IMG/VR virus record: IMGVR_UViG_3300044825_001403
Coordinates: 1 to 64,000 of that record
Source: an uncultured virus (IMG/VR IMGVR_UViG_3300044825_001403)
Lineage: Duplodnaviria; Heunggongvirae; Uroviricota; Caudoviricetes
Length of the DNA: 64,000 nt
Reading direction: 5' to 3' (one strand)
In this document: positions 50,901 through 62,602 of the stretch, piece by piece
Numbering within the stretch: position 1 is the stretch's first letter
How the letters are laid out: every line of letters starts with the position of its first letter
Made by a program: the position numbers and the translations under genes
Notes under the pieces: generated by a model
The model's input: the letters and a program-made list of their open reading frames with translations, nothing else
Told to the model about the DNA's origin: nothing
The model's database searches: none

Positions 50901-51452
50901 AGCGTATTTACATCAAACGGTCATGGATTAACGGCAAACCAACCATTAAGATTTAATGCCACTGTTGCAGGTACTCCTGGTGTTACTTCAACGTCAGCAG
51001 TTTATTATGCAATTGTAGTTGATGCAAATACTTTCCAAGTTGCAACATCTTCTGGAGGTACTGCTGTAACTGGATTCACTGATAACGCAGCATTGAACGT
51101 AAGTATTACTAAGTCTGGTGGTGTTTCGAGCATTACTTTAGTTGATGCTGGTTCTGGATTTACTGTAAATGATTCAATGACTGCTTCGGTTTCTAATTTA
51201 GGTGGTGCTACTGGAGGATCTGGATTTACTGTTCCTGTTGCCACACTAACATCAAATCATATGGTTTCGGATATTATTTTAATTCATGACGGAACTACTG
51301 CAGATATTTTAGAATTAGCTAATATGAGCACTGCAAATATAACATTAGGAACATTCTCTACAGATATTTCAAGTTCTACTATGAGACTAAGATTTACTCC
51401 AGCATATCAATACAATACAATTAAAGTCGCAAGACATGCATTTACCGTCTAG
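47946..51452 (+). CDS. Collagen-like tail fibre protein
   Basis: Long Gly-X-Gln tracts with three globular interruptions; C-terminal YRSAKYFVQ fibre domain. Confidence 0.88.
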   Translation: MAELLSRRVRIKPAAEVDQSRYEYLGLNQAEPNLGTPPDDVQIYFLASDINGVRRWESGVQGPQGIQGIQGTKGDPGPQGIQGLQGIQGIQGIQGLAGTSVKILGTVPTPNDLPGYNPTGPDTYTGDYGDGYIVSSTGKLWVWAVLNNEWYEVGNIVGPQGAQGRQGTQGIGGFGAQGTQGLQGISGTIGAQGVQGRQGTQGIQGVSGQGVQGAQGTGGLQGGQGTQGIQGFRGLQGIQGVQGRTGIQGPTGIQGISGEFGGQGTQGLQGTTGSQGPQGIQGLRGFQGIQGIQGAIGSQGTQGRAIQGTQGAIGPQGIQGRTGFQGVQGLAGTLGAQGAQGIQGFRGIQGNQGIQGLIGPQGIQGPQGAQGTRGFIGEQGVQGIQGTQGVQGTQGIQGLLGFQGVQGAAIQGTQGIGGTSINILGSVNTFLDLPGYPNTYTGVIGDSYITSDNGELWTWNGSNWINAGTVRGPQGLQGVQGTQGIQGVQGVQGPQGVQGRQGTQGLSIQGIQGVQGPQGIQGVQGVQGLQGFSIQGIQGIFGIQGTQGPQGLQGIQGVQGPRGQQGIQGIQGVQGPQGVQGGAGTSVRILGNVATENALPGYPTSYNGTVGDAYIVNTTGFLWVWSGTAWIEAGRILGPQGAQGVQGTQGIQGPQGSQGIQGPQGVQGPQGLQGIQGPQGVQGVQGVQGAQGRQGTQGLQGPQGIQGFNAITVVNDISTNADRYIVFEEATSGAQTVINVSSTKLIFNPSTGNLTVGGDTRANTFIPLSSSVPSYGIYQPVSGAVGISTNSLERFRLDTSGNVLIGTTTNTNSSRLVSAGTISETVNAEQFLVASQFDVGVAPNQIPLNQYLGQLAFLDIYSPYALRRDGGGSDDVTVDSNGNLITINELCLSTDRYRLASSQANYTSSTIQTLDSISTATYRSAKYFVQVTATNQIATFGTITGGSFYLAGTYVNVPLTGGTGSGAVATITVNGSLSNITSVASSVFTSNGHGLTANQPLRFNATVAGTPGVTSTSAVYYAIVVDANTFQVATSSGGTAVTGFTDNAALNVSITKSGGVSSITLVDAGSGFTVNDSMTASVSNLGGATGGSGFTVPVATLTSNHMVSDIILIHDGTTADILELANMSTANITLGTFSTDISSSTMRLRFTPAYQYNTIKVARHAFTV

Positions 51453-51460
51453 GAGTAGTC

Positions 51461-53851
51461 ATGGCAATATCTCAAAATTTTCCTAGTGAAGGTCCTAATT
51501 TATATGTCAATTTTGCTGGTTCAAAAACTTTAGATCCTAGGATTAATTTTTCTAGAGCTAGTACAGGAACTTATGTTGATGCAGATGGATTAATTAAAAC
51601 TGCTGCAATTAATAGACCTAGGTTTGATCATAATATTCTTACAGGAGAATCTTTAGGACTATTGGTAGAGCCAGGAAGAACTAATTTATTAAGACAAAGT
51701 ATTGTTAGACCAGATTTACCTGGAGATACTTATTCATTTTGGACTTCATTTATAGGCGGAACTACAATTAGACCATATGCTGAATTATCTCCAGATGGCA
51801 CATTCAATGCAGCATTAGTTCAGAACTCCACTGCATCAATTGGCGACATGTTGTTACGTTATGAACAATCTCTTGCTGGTGTTTCTGGGTTGGTTGACTC
51901 GATTTGGGTCAAAGCAGTTAGTGGTACTGTCACTGTTGCTATGTATGGCAGCCCAACGGCCCAAGACACAGTTACAAATGTGACATTTGGAACGCAATGG
52001 ACCCGCCTTTCGATGAGAAGACCGTCTTCAGCTAACTATTTTCTCAAATTGATAAAAATAAGTGCAACTCCAGTATCTTTTTATGTATGGGGAGGACAAT
52101 GTGAAAGTGGTACTTTTTCAACTAGCTTTATTCCAACTTTACCCACATTTACTTCAAGGGCTTCTTCAGCAACTTTTTACGACTCTACAGGAATCCTAAG
52201 AACTGCAGCAACTAACGTAGCAAGAAGTAATGCGTTTTTTCCAGATAGTTCTGGGGTGTTTAGAAGTGGTGGGTTGTTGCTTGAATCTGCTGCTACAAAT
52301 TTGTGTATTAGATCAGAAACATTCACTGCAGCTCCATGGACAGACTTTACTGCAAATGTAAGCATAACAGCAAATCAATTAGATCCTGCTGGTGGAACTA
52401 CAGCATCACTAGTAACTCATACCGCAGGAACAAGTCGCCACAGAGTATCAGAAAAAATTTCAACCACAAGAGTATCTAGAAGTTTTTATGTAAAAAAAAC
52501 AAATCAACGTTACATTTATGTTGGAGATCAAAATGCCAGTAATTATAGTCCAAATTATAGATTTGATTTAGATACTGGTACTGGTGCTGTAATTGCGGAT
52601 TCATTTGGATATAATTATGGGTATTCTATAACTAAAGTTGCAAATGAATTTTACAGGATCTGGGTAGATTGTGTATCACAAGATATAACTCAAATAGTTG
52701 CATCAAATACTTTATCATCATCAGGAACAAATCCATTATCAACAAATGAAACCGCAACAGGTACAGAATCTTTTATTATTTGGGGATATCAAGTTGAAAC
52801 AGGAACTTATTTCACTTCATACATTCAAACAACAGGAGCAACAGCAACAAGAGCAGCAGATGTAACAACAAGTTCTGCAGTAACTCGTAGTGCGGATATA
52901 GTAAGTTTATCAGGAACTTCGTCAATTGTAAATACTTCTGGAGGAACTTTATTATCTTTAAGTAACCAAACTTCTCCTGTAATCGATACAACATCTTTAT
53001 CAATTAATTCAACATCATTATCAACTTCCAGACCAGTTAGAGAAATTTTATATTATCCTACAGTATTAACTTCAACTACCATAAAACAAATTAAAGCTTT
53101 TCCTTCATTTGTTACTAATGGTTTGCAATTACATTTAGATGCTGGCAATACTAGTTCTTATTCAGGATCTGGAAGTACTTGGACAGATTTAAGTGGTAAC
53201 GGACGTAACTTTACTTTAGTTAATTCTTCTTATTATGCATTTGATTCTGCTAATGAAGGTTCTATAAGATTGACAAGAACATTACCCCCTACAGCAGAAA
53301 CTGGAGGTTATGCAGAACATACTGGTTCTGGAGCATTAGCGGTTACTACGTATCTTTATAATAATCATACTACAGAAATTTGGGCAAGAATTAATGATAG
53401 AAATCCAACAAACCATACTGTAAATGAAACTCAAAGTGCATTATTTGTTTATCGTGGGTGGCATTCTATGTTTTACTATGGATCTAGTGCATTAACTTAT
53501 ACAGTTTATGATGGTGCTTCAACTGCAAGAGATGCAGTAGGGTTATCAATAGGAACATCAGGAACAGATATTATTCAAGGAACATGGTTTAATGTAGTAG
53601 TTACAAGAAATGGAAATATTTTTAGTACTTATATTAACGGAGTTTTAAAAGGATCAATCACATTAATTACTAGTTCTTCTGGTGTTAATACAACGAATAG
53701 TATTAGAATCGGAATGGCAAATCCATCAGGTGAAGATTTTAGTTGGCACGCAGATGCTAATGTTTCATGTGCAAGGATGTATAACATAGCTCTTACTGCG
53801 TCTGAAGTTGCACAAAACTTCAACGCCCTTCGTGGTCGTTATGGTATCTAA
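51461..53851 (+). CDS. Lectin-like fibre protein (2 carbohydrate-binding-like modules + C-terminal LamG/ConA domain)
   Basis: FSRASTGTY...PRFD...GLLVE..RTN; GL.LHLDAGN..SY.GSGSTW.DLSGN; YN.AL...EV.QNFNA.RGRYGI. Confidence 0.8.
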   Translation: MAISQNFPSEGPNLYVNFAGSKTLDPRINFSRASTGTYVDADGLIKTAAINRPRFDHNILTGESLGLLVEPGRTNLLRQSIVRPDLPGDTYSFWTSFIGGTTIRPYAELSPDGTFNAALVQNSTASIGDMLLRYEQSLAGVSGLVDSIWVKAVSGTVTVAMYGSPTAQDTVTNVTFGTQWTRLSMRRPSSANYFLKLIKISATPVSFYVWGGQCESGTFSTSFIPTLPTFTSRASSATFYDSTGILRTAATNVARSNAFFPDSSGVFRSGGLLLESAATNLCIRSETFTAAPWTDFTANVSITANQLDPAGGTTASLVTHTAGTSRHRVSEKISTTRVSRSFYVKKTNQRYIYVGDQNASNYSPNYRFDLDTGTGAVIADSFGYNYGYSITKVANEFYRIWVDCVSQDITQIVASNTLSSSGTNPLSTNETATGTESFIIWGYQVETGTYFTSYIQTTGATATRAADVTTSSAVTRSADIVSLSGTSSIVNTSGGTLLSLSNQTSPVIDTTSLSINSTSLSTSRPVREILYYPTVLTSTTIKQIKAFPSFVTNGLQLHLDAGNTSSYSGSGSTWTDLSGNGRNFTLVNSSYYAFDSANEGSIRLTRTLPPTAETGGYAEHTGSGALAVTTYLYNNHTTEIWARINDRNPTNHTVNETQSALFVYRGWHSMFYYGSSALTYTVYDGASTARDAVGLSIGTSGTDIIQGTWFNVVVTRNGNIFSTYINGVLKGSITLITSSSGVNTTNSIRIGMANPSGEDFSWHADANVSCARMYNIALTASEVAQNFNALRGRYGI

Positions 53852-53877
53852 ATAATTAATAAAATAAATTTAAGACT

Positions 53878-54132
53878 ATGTACGAAAATCGACAGTTTGC
53901 TATATTTGCAACATCAGAATTAGATAAAATTGATTTCACTCAAGTTTTAGAAACTTCTGTAGATACTGTAAGAAAATCTGTAGATGGAACTAAGACTTTT
54001 GTAAAGTGGGATTCTGAAGAAATTCCTACATGTATTCAAGAATTAACTACACTTCAAGGTTATTATACTTATGAACAAATGCTTGAGCTTTTAAATACTT
54101 CTGAATGGTCATCTAAGGAACAGAGTGTATAA
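53878..54132 (+). CDS. Small fibre-associated protein
   Basis: EL.KIDF.QVLETS..T.RKSVDGTKTFVKW; own late promoter. Confidence 0.75.
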   Translation: MYENRQFAIFATSELDKIDFTQVLETSVDTVRKSVDGTKTFVKWDSEEIPTCIQELTTLQGYYTYEQMLELLNTSEWSSKEQSV

Positions 54133-57100
54133 ATGTCATTTACACAGAATATTCAATCCGTTGCTCCTACATTAAATATAAATTTTACTAAATCTAATCG
54201 ACTAGATTCTCGTATTAGTTTTAGTAGAAGTAGCTCTGGCACTTATTTTAATAGCCAAGGTGTTTTAACTACTGCAGCAACTAATGTACCAAGATTTCAA
54301 AATGAATTTAATTCAACTTTAAATCGTTGGGTTCCTAAAGGATTGTTGGTTGAAGAAAGTAGAACAAATAAAGCATCAAATTCAGTAAACTTTATTTCTG
54401 GTTCTACCATCATTCCTTATTATGAAATTGCTCCAGATGGCACTCTTACAGCTTTAGCTTATCAACCCCCAAGTGATGCTAATAGTGCAGGAACTCACGA
54501 AAAATATGCAATATTTCCTGGGCTAACAATTAATGTAGGAGATACTGTAACTATTTTTGCAAAAAGAAAACCAGGATCAGCTTTAAAATTTTTGCACCTA
54601 AGAATATTTACTAGTGGTTGGCTTAATTCGTATAATTTAGAAACTGGTGCAGTGAGTATTAATGACCCTGCTATGCCTGGATCTATGACAAATGTAGGTA
54701 ACGGATGGTGGAGATGTGAGTTTACTAATTTTGCTTCTGCAGGAAATACAACACTCCTAAGAATATGGGTTAGCACTAATGGTAGTATAGGAAATGCAAC
54801 TAATGGAGATCCTATGTATCTTTGGGGTCTTCAATCAGAAACTGGTATCAATCCAACTTCATACATTTCAACATTTCCTTTATTTTCTTCCAGGGCTTCA
54901 TCTGCAACCTATTATGATTCTACTGGAATTATTAGGACAGCAGTAACTAACGAAGCGAGAAGTGCAGCATTTTTACCAAGTAGCACAGGAACATTTGCAA
55001 GAGTTGGAACTTTACTTGAAAGTGCTGCTACTAATTTACTTCAATATAGTGAAGACTTTAGGAATGCTATGTGGTCAAAAAGTGAGGTAACTTTAATTAG
55101 CAATACGCCAGCAACTACTGCTCCAGACGGATCACTAAATGCAACTAAACTTGTTGAAACTAGTGCAACATCAGTACACAGACTTAGTATGTCAGTGAAT
55201 CCTTCTGGTTTTCAAGACTGGGCATTAAGTGTATTCGCCAAAGCTGCTGAAAGAAGCGTACTTACATTGATGCCTGCTACCACAGGTGGCGGAGATTCCC
55301 CTGTTTATTTTGACCTATCTGCTGGCACATTTACCATTGCTGGATCTAGTGCGGTTAATGCTTCTATGCAAAAGCTGTCTAATGGTTGGTATCGGTGCTC
55401 TGTTTATGATGGTGCTGCTGGGTTTGGCTATCCATTTATTGGTCTTGTTGCTACATCTGGAACTCATTCATATACAGGTGATGGAACTTCAGGTGTATAT
55501 ATTTGGGGTGCTCAGTTAGAAGTAAATTCATTTTCTACGTCATATATTAAATCAATGCCTTCATTTACATCAAGGGCATCTTCTGCAACTTATTATGATG
55601 TCAATGGAATTTTAAGAACTGCTGCTGTTAATGAAGCAAGAAGTAATGCATATTTACCAGACAGTTCTGGGGTGTTTAGAAGTATTGGATTATTATATGA
55701 AGGTGCTGCAACAAATCTTGCTACCCATAGTGAACAACTAAGTAGTTGGGGTAACAATGGAAATGGTATAATAATTACTACAAATTCAGAAATTGCTCCA
55801 GATGGAACTTTGACCGCAGATAGATTATCTCAATCTTCTGTCACTAATGCAAATAGAACTTTGTTTAATCCTGCTAGTACCGTAAGATCAGGACAAATAC
55901 TTACAACAAGTTTTTGGATGAAAAAAGTGAGTGGGACTAACACAGAACCATCTATTTCCGTATGTGGTATTGGTGGTGGTCCTTGTCAAACTATTACTGT
56001 TACATCTGATTGGAAAAGATATACATACACTTTTACTGCAATCAATGATGGGGGAAATTATGAAGTAGGATCTATTAACATTGGTTGGAATCTCAATGGT
56101 GCGGCAAATAATAATGTGTATGCTTTATGGGGATTCCAAGTTGAAGTTGGTTCTTTAGCAACATCATACATCTCAACGACAAATGCAACAGTAACAAGAT
56201 CTGCTGATGTAGTTTCAAGTTCAACTGTAACAAGAGCAGCAGATGTAACTACTAGTGCAACAGCAACGAGAGCTGCAGATAATGTAAGTATTAGTGGATC
56301 TAATTTTACAAATATTCATAATCCAACGGAAAATACTTTAGTTTCTATTGGAGAAGAAAATCTTTATACATTATCTTCAACTGCATTAACAATAAATTCA
56401 AATTCTAAATTAGATAGTACAGTTTCTAATCTAATATATTATCCAAAAGCACTCCAATATGCTTCATTAAAATCATCTAGTGCATATCCTGCTATTATTT
56501 CTGATGGTTTAGTATTAAATCTTGATGCAAGTAGTAGAAAATCATACAGAACTCCTGGTGCTACTTGGAGAGATTTGAGTATTAATAATATTAGTGCTAC
56601 ATTATCTAACGGTCCTACTTTTAATAGTTCTAATAGTGGTTCAATTGTTTTTGATGGTGTTGATGATCGAATAACCTTAGGAACTCCAACAGCACTAACT
56701 GCTTTATTTGGAACTAATGCAGTTTCTGTAGAAGTTTGGTTGAGAAGATCAGCAAATATTACTTCGCAAAAAATTGTATTTGATTCAGGAACTAATGAAT
56801 ATATTCAGATGGATATAAATTCAAATCAATTATCTTTTGCTATAGGAACACCAACAAGCGTTAGATCTGCTAGAAGTGCTACTTTAGATTTAGATGTTTG
56901 GTATCATTATGTTGGTGTGTACAATGGAACAACAATTACAACATATTTAAATTCTGTCCAAAGTTCTCAGATAGCACAAACTGGAAATATTGCAACTGAC
57001 AGTGGAGGATTTTTTATAGCATCTTATACATCAGGTTTTAATTTTCCTGGAAGAATTGCTTCGGTTAAAGTTTATAACAAAGCATTATCTTCTACAGAAG

Positions 57101-57144
57101 TTACTCAAAACTTCAACGCACAACGTAGACGTTTTGGAATCTAA
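54133..57144 (+). CDS. Lectin-like fibre protein (3 modules + LamG/ConA domain)
   Basis: Paralog of 51461; three SRASS...GLL.E...TN...WG.Q.E...TSYI units. Confidence 0.8.
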   Translation: MSFTQNIQSVAPTLNINFTKSNRLDSRISFSRSSSGTYFNSQGVLTTAATNVPRFQNEFNSTLNRWVPKGLLVEESRTNKASNSVNFISGSTIIPYYEIAPDGTLTALAYQPPSDANSAGTHEKYAIFPGLTINVGDTVTIFAKRKPGSALKFLHLRIFTSGWLNSYNLETGAVSINDPAMPGSMTNVGNGWWRCEFTNFASAGNTTLLRIWVSTNGSIGNATNGDPMYLWGLQSETGINPTSYISTFPLFSSRASSATYYDSTGIIRTAVTNEARSAAFLPSSTGTFARVGTLLESAATNLLQYSEDFRNAMWSKSEVTLISNTPATTAPDGSLNATKLVETSATSVHRLSMSVNPSGFQDWALSVFAKAAERSVLTLMPATTGGGDSPVYFDLSAGTFTIAGSSAVNASMQKLSNGWYRCSVYDGAAGFGYPFIGLVATSGTHSYTGDGTSGVYIWGAQLEVNSFSTSYIKSMPSFTSRASSATYYDVNGILRTAAVNEARSNAYLPDSSGVFRSIGLLYEGAATNLATHSEQLSSWGNNGNGIIITTNSEIAPDGTLTADRLSQSSVTNANRTLFNPASTVRSGQILTTSFWMKKVSGTNTEPSISVCGIGGGPCQTITVTSDWKRYTYTFTAINDGGNYEVGSINIGWNLNGAANNNVYALWGFQVEVGSLATSYISTTNATVTRSADVVSSSTVTRAADVTTSATATRAADNVSISGSNFTNIHNPTENTLVSIGEENLYTLSSTALTINSNSKLDSTVSNLIYYPKALQYASLKSSSAYPAIISDGLVLNLDASSRKSYRTPGATWRDLSINNISATLSNGPTFNSSNSGSIVFDGVDDRITLGTPTALTALFGTNAVSVEVWLRRSANITSQKIVFDSGTNEYIQMDINSNQLSFAIGTPTSVRSARSATLDLDVWYHYVGVYNGTTITTYLNSVQSSQIAQTGNIATDSGGFFIASYTSGFNFPGRIASVKVYNKALSSTEVTQNFNAQRRRFGI

Positions 57145-57171
57145 AATAAATACTGATAAACATCAATACCC

Positions 57172-60100
57172 ATGAGTATCTCACAAAATTTATCATCCAT
57201 TAGACCTACTTTAAATTTAAATTTTGCGAGATCTAAAAATTTAGATCCTAGAATTACTTTCACTAGAAGTAGTTCAGCAACTTATATTGATAAAAATGGT
57301 ATATTAAAAACGGTTGCTACTAATATTCCTCGTTTTGGTTATAATGGATTAACTGGAGAATCTACAGGATTATTATTAGAACCAAGTAAAACAAATTTAT
57401 GTAACTATACTAATTATGTAAAATTGTGGGCTAATAAAGATGGTATTCCTCAGATGATAAGTGAAAATACCGATCTTGCTCCAGATGGAACATATACTGC
57501 TACCAGAATAATTTTATCTCCAGTAAATTATTTTACTGGTAAACTATTTACATTTTCTTTTACTAGCACAGTAAAGTGCTTAAGTATTTTTGCTAAAAAT
57601 CCTTTATCAGGTACTAATTCTTTAGCTATTGAAGGTGCAGGTAGAATTTTAATTAATTTTAATGGACAAAGTATTACAAGTATAAGTGTCGATAATGGTT
57701 CTCCATCATATACTTATGATACACTAGCAAATGGGTGGTATCGTTTTACTATTATTGAGGATGGAACTAGTAATAATAGATTTACTATGATGGGGTGGTT
57801 TAATGGAACTGGTAAACCAATTCTTCTTTGGGGAGCAATGGCTGAATATAGTCCCCGCCCGACATCACATATACCAGCCCCAGCAACATTTACTTCAAGG
57901 GCTTCTTCAGCAACCTTCTACGATTCTACAGGAATCTTAAGAACTGCCGCAACTAATGTAGCAAGATCAGATGCTTATTTTCCTGACAGTTCTGGTGTGT
58001 TTAGAAGCACTGGGTTATTACTTGAAAACTCAGGAACTAATTTACTTTATTATAGTCAAGATTTTGATGTGACTTCTTGGTGGGGATCTACTGGGGCAAA
58101 TGTGTTTAAAGCCCCGCAAACATTAGCTCCAGACGGAACATATACTGCAGACTTTTTGGTAGAAGATACTTCAACTGGAAATCATAGTTTATCAACTACG
58201 AATAATGTTTATACCGTAGTAGCTGAATATTATACTCATAGTGTATATGTTAAAGCTGCAGGAAGAACTCAGATTGGTATAGGATATAGAGATTCTGGAT
58301 TTACATTATTTGATTTAACAACCAAACAAATAACAATTGTTCAGCAGATAGCAAACGGATCTATTGTAGCAAATAATATAGATACATTACCAAATGGATG
58401 GTTTAGATTATCGTCCACTATTCTGGGTAGTGGTGTTAATTATAACCGTAGGGCTCAAATATTTTTATGTAGTGGAGGAACTGCTTCGTATGCGGGTGAT
58501 GGTGTTTCTGGTGCTTATATATGGGGATATCAAGTAGAACAAAGTTCATATGCGACATCTTATGTTCCTACACCAGCTGGATTTTCTTCTAGAGCATCTA
58601 CTGCAACTTACTTTGATTCTACTGGTTCTTTACGAACTGCGGCAATAAATGAACTTAGAAATAATGCTCATTTTCCTGATAATTCTGGAGTTTACAGAAA
58701 TGTAGGAAATTTATTAGAACCAGCAGCAACAAATTTAACAGGAAGTTCTGTATTTTCAAATGGTTGGAGTCAATTAGGATCTGGTAGATTTACAGCTGCT
58801 GCTGATCCTGTTGGTGGTATGCAAGCTACTTTAGTTACACCATTATATACTACTTCATATAATGGTTTTCAAAATAATGCAAGTATTGCTGGAGGAACAT
58901 ATATCGTTTCTTTTTATGCTAAAGCAAATGGATACAACTGGGTTGGATTAAAAGCCTGGGCAGGAAATCCTTGGTTTTATACAGCCGCTGGTTATAATTT
59001 AAGTACTTTAGCACCATTTACTTATATTCAAGGTGGTCAAACTGATTATATATTCACTCCATTTAATATTCAAAATGCTGGTAATGGATGGTATAGAGTT
59101 AGTTTTAAAGTAGTTGCTTCTGGAGGGTTTAGTAGCCAACTTCAAATTCTTGTTTATTCTGATTTACCAAGTCAACATGCTATTAATTGGACGCCAAATG
59201 GAACTTCAGGTGCATTTTTTTGGGGGGTTCAAATTGAATCTAGTCCAATAGCTACATCATATATTCCAGTATTACCAACATTTACATCAAGGGCATCCAC
59301 TGCAACTTATTTTGATTCTAATGGTATTTTAAGAACTGCTGGGGTTAACGTTGCTAGATCTGATGCATATCTTCCAAATACAAGCGAAGTTTATAGACCA
59401 GTAGGTTTATTGTTAGAAGGATCCTCAACTAATCTAGCACGAAACTCAGAAGACTTTACGCAATGGGCATCTAATGGAAATGGCATTGGTGTTTCTGCAA
59501 ATCAAAGTGTTGCATTAGATCGCACAACTACAGCAGATCATTTATTTCAAACTGCTGCTACAGGAGCTGGTCGTTGGATTGGTTCAGTTTCAAGAACAGT
59601 TACTGGAGGAACTACTTATACTATAAGCTGTTGGGTAAGAAGAGTTAGTGGTACTGATGGTCAACCATCAATACAAATGGGATTTATTAATAGCGGAGAA
59701 TATGGTACAAGTATAACTTCTCAAGTTACTTCTTCATGGAAACGTTTTTCTGTTACAGTTACTCCAGTAGCCACCGTAAACACATGGATAGGATTTAGTA
59801 TTGGGTGGAGTGATTCTGGAGTTGCAAATAATAATGTTTATGCTGTTTGGGGATTCCAAGTTGAAGTTGGTGTTACTGCTACATCATATATTCCTGTAAC
59901 TAATGCAGATGTAACCCGTGCTGCTGATGTTTCTACTTCAGCATCGGTAACTAGATCTGCCGATATCTTAACTACTCAATCAACGGCAACAAGAGCCTCA
60001 GATGTATCATCAAGTTCTGCAGTAACAAGAGCAGCAGATTCTGCAAGTATTACTGGAACAAACTTTAGTAGTTGGTATAATTCTTCTGGCGGTACATTAT

Positions 60101-60927
60101 TATCTTTAAGAGAAGGTAACTCTTCGGTATTAACGACATCTTCATTAACTTTAAACTCTAGTTATACAAAAACTAATACTATTTCAAATCTTCTATATTA
60201 TCCAACGGCACTTTCATATAATGCAATTGAAAGAATGAATGGATCTATGCCATTAGTGTCTTCTAATTTAGCTTTAAATTTAGATGCAGGGATATTATCA
60301 TCTTATTCAGGTCTTGGTACGACTTGGACAGATTTAACAGGAAACAATAATAATGGAACATTAACAAATGGTCCAACATACAGCTCATCTAATCAAGGTT
60401 TTATCAGATTAGATGGTGTAAATGACTTTATAGATTTTGGAAATAACACGACATTATATAATGCTTATGATACATCATTTACACAAGAGTTTGCAGTAAG
60501 AATGCTATCTGGTGCTTCTACATTCAGAACACTGTTTAGAGTTGATGATTGGTCTAGAATTTCTACACAAATTTCTATTCTAGGAATAGCATTTACAATT
60601 GGATATTCTACCCCATCTGATAATTTAATTCATAATACTTCACTAGATTATAATCAATGGTATTTGGTTACTACTGTATGGTCTAAATTAAATACACAAA
60701 AAATTTATATTAATGGAATTTTAGTAGCACAAACTATACCAACTATTTCTAATTACACAGGAATTCAAGGAACAGCGGGAGGAGTAAATATTGGTAGAGG
60801 TCATTCAGATCCATTTACAAATAATCTTAATGCAGATATAGGGTTCTTTAGACATTATACAAGAGTTTTAACAGACTCAGAAATTAGACAAAATTATAAT
60901 GCTACTAAATATCGTTTTGCTGCTTAA
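57172..60927 (+). CDS. Lectin-like fibre protein (4 modules + LamG/ConA domain)
   Basis: Paralog with four units. Confidence 0.8.
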   Translation: MSISQNLSSIRPTLNLNFARSKNLDPRITFTRSSSATYIDKNGILKTVATNIPRFGYNGLTGESTGLLLEPSKTNLCNYTNYVKLWANKDGIPQMISENTDLAPDGTYTATRIILSPVNYFTGKLFTFSFTSTVKCLSIFAKNPLSGTNSLAIEGAGRILINFNGQSITSISVDNGSPSYTYDTLANGWYRFTIIEDGTSNNRFTMMGWFNGTGKPILLWGAMAEYSPRPTSHIPAPATFTSRASSATFYDSTGILRTAATNVARSDAYFPDSSGVFRSTGLLLENSGTNLLYYSQDFDVTSWWGSTGANVFKAPQTLAPDGTYTADFLVEDTSTGNHSLSTTNNVYTVVAEYYTHSVYVKAAGRTQIGIGYRDSGFTLFDLTTKQITIVQQIANGSIVANNIDTLPNGWFRLSSTILGSGVNYNRRAQIFLCSGGTASYAGDGVSGAYIWGYQVEQSSYATSYVPTPAGFSSRASTATYFDSTGSLRTAAINELRNNAHFPDNSGVYRNVGNLLEPAATNLTGSSVFSNGWSQLGSGRFTAAADPVGGMQATLVTPLYTTSYNGFQNNASIAGGTYIVSFYAKANGYNWVGLKAWAGNPWFYTAAGYNLSTLAPFTYIQGGQTDYIFTPFNIQNAGNGWYRVSFKVVASGGFSSQLQILVYSDLPSQHAINWTPNGTSGAFFWGVQIESSPIATSYIPVLPTFTSRASTATYFDSNGILRTAGVNVARSDAYLPNTSEVYRPVGLLLEGSSTNLARNSEDFTQWASNGNGIGVSANQSVALDRTTTADHLFQTAATGAGRWIGSVSRTVTGGTTYTISCWVRRVSGTDGQPSIQMGFINSGEYGTSITSQVTSSWKRFSVTVTPVATVNTWIGFSIGWSDSGVANNNVYAVWGFQVEVGVTATSYIPVTNADVTRAADVSTSASVTRSADILTTQSTATRASDVSSSSAVTRAADSASITGTNFSSWYNSSGGTLLSLREGNSSVLTTSSLTLNSSYTKTNTISNLLYYPTALSYNAIERMNGSMPLVSSNLALNLDAGILSSYSGLGTTWTDLTGNNNNGTLTNGPTYSSSNQGFIRLDGVNDFIDFGNNTTLYNAYDTSFTQEFAVRMLSGASTFRTLFRVDDWSRISTQISILGIAFTIGYSTPSDNLIHNTSLDYNQWYLVTTVWSKLNTQKIYINGILVAQTIPTISNYTGIQGTAGGVNIGRGHSDPFTNNLNADIGFFRHYTRVLTDSEIRQNYNATKYRFAA

Positions 60928-60954
60928 AATAAATACCAATAAACATTCAATAAA

Positions 60955-62181
60955 ATGAGTAAGTTTCAAACTATAACTTCTAGTGCTGAGTTAGATTATC
61001 CTAAAGTTCTTCCAACTTTAGATCTTAATTTTGATGCAACAAAAACATTAGATCCTAGAATTATTTTTACTAGAAGTTCTGGAGGAACTTATGTTGATGA
61101 AACTGGTATCATTAGAATTGCTGGTGTTAACCAACCAAGATTTGATCATAATCCTTTGACTGGTGAATGTCTTGGTTTGTTGGTGGAAGAGAGTAGGAGT
61201 AATAACCAAGCATTCAGTAATACTTTTAATTCAGCAGGATTATCTGGAGCCGATTATAGGTGGCAAGATATTGTTGCAGTAACTGCACAAAATAATTTAT
61301 ATCCCGATCCATTCGGTACTAATACTGCAACAAGAATCATTCCTACAACTACTTCTACTTCACATTATATTGGTAGATATCAAGCATATGGAACTGCAGC
61401 ACATGCACATTCTGTATTTTTAAAACCTGCTGGATATAGTAGAGTATTGGTAGAAGTAAACGGAAATACATTTACTGCAAATCTTTCTGGTAGTGGTAGT
61501 TTTGCAAATAATAATTCTACTACATATGCAACAAAAATTCAAGCATTTTCAAACGGGTGGTATAGATTAGAATGGATTTGGAATAATACTGGCGGCGGTG
61601 GTGCTAATACGACAATGCCAAGAATTTTTATTTTAGACAATTCTGGTAATTCTACATTTGCTGGAAATGGTGCATCAGGCATTGATTTTTTTGGATATCA
61701 GCAAGAATTTGGTTTCTTTTGTACATCATACATCCCAACAGGAGCTTCTGCATTAACAAGGGCTAGAGATAATTTAAGTATTTCTTTAACACCTTGGTAC
61801 AATAACAATGAAGGCACAGTATTATTTAATTCTTCTCTTTCTGACAGCACTGATGGCACACCATCTATAATTTTTGGTCCATATCTTTGGGCCACTGCTC
61901 CTAATTTATGGAGAACAAGTGGAAATCAAGGTATACTAAATACTAGCTCTTCAAGGACAACAAGAACTAGACATATATTTGCACTTAGACAAAATGATCA
62001 TGCTCTTTGTATTAATGGAGGATCTGTGTCAACACCTTTTGCAAATAATTCTCATTCTCCATCTGGAGGTTCTGTAGTAGGATTTAACAGTAGTGGATCA
62101 ACACTAAATGGATATTTAAATCGTTTAACATATTGGCCTATAAGATTATCCAATCGGACATTACAAAGACTTACCGAATAA
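60955..62181 (+). CDS. Lectin-like fibre protein (1 module)
   Basis: PTLDLNF...KTLDPRI.FTRSSGGTY...; C-terminal LNGYL.RLTYWP.RLSN..LQ.LT. Confidence 0.8.
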   Translation: MSKFQTITSSAELDYPKVLPTLDLNFDATKTLDPRIIFTRSSGGTYVDETGIIRIAGVNQPRFDHNPLTGECLGLLVEESRSNNQAFSNTFNSAGLSGADYRWQDIVAVTAQNNLYPDPFGTNTATRIIPTTTSTSHYIGRYQAYGTAAHAHSVFLKPAGYSRVLVEVNGNTFTANLSGSGSFANNNSTTYATKIQAFSNGWYRLEWIWNNTGGGGANTTMPRIFILDNSGNSTFAGNGASGIDFFGYQQEFGFFCTSYIPTGASALTRARDNLSISLTPWYNNNEGTVLFNSSLSDSTDGTPSIIFGPYLWATAPNLWRTSGNQGILNTSSSRTTRTRHIFALRQNDHALCINGGSVSTPFANNSHSPSGGSVVGFNSSGSTLNGYLNRLTYWPIRLSNRTLQRLTE

Positions 62182-62215
62182 TCATAAATAATTAAAAATA
62201 ATAGAGAGATCTATC

Positions 62216-62563
62216 ATGCTTAAAGATTATTATTTAAAATTTGCTTCCAAAGAAGAAGCTCTTGAAGTGTTTTCTTCAATTTCAGAGCATACTATTACTA
62301 ATCCACAAACTCAAGAAGTAACAGTTTCTCAAGGTAACGGAACTTTTGCAATTGATGAAGTTGGTGTTATTTACAATAATGATGCAGTTTTTTCAACTGA
62401 TCAAGAAACTGGAGAAATTACTTTAGTAACTCCAGCAACTTCCGTAGAAGGTTATCATTATAATTATAGAATTGTATTTGGTAACAATGAAGAAATTCCT
62501 CTACCAACTGAATTAGAACCATACATAGTAACTCCCCAAACACCTGTTAGAGTTTGGTTCTAA
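62216..62563 (+). CDS. Small fibre-associated protein
   Basis: DYYLKF....EA, GYH.N.R, L.PY.V.PQTPVRVWF. Confidence 0.75.
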   Translation: MLKDYYLKFASKEEALEVFSSISEHTITNPQTQEVTVSQGNGTFAIDEVGVIYNNDAVFSTDQETGEITLVTPATSVEGYHYNYRIVFGNNEEIPLPTELEPYIVTPQTPVRVWF

Positions 62564-62602
62564 ATAATTAAAATTTTTCTGTACTACAGAGGTAACTAAT
62601 AA

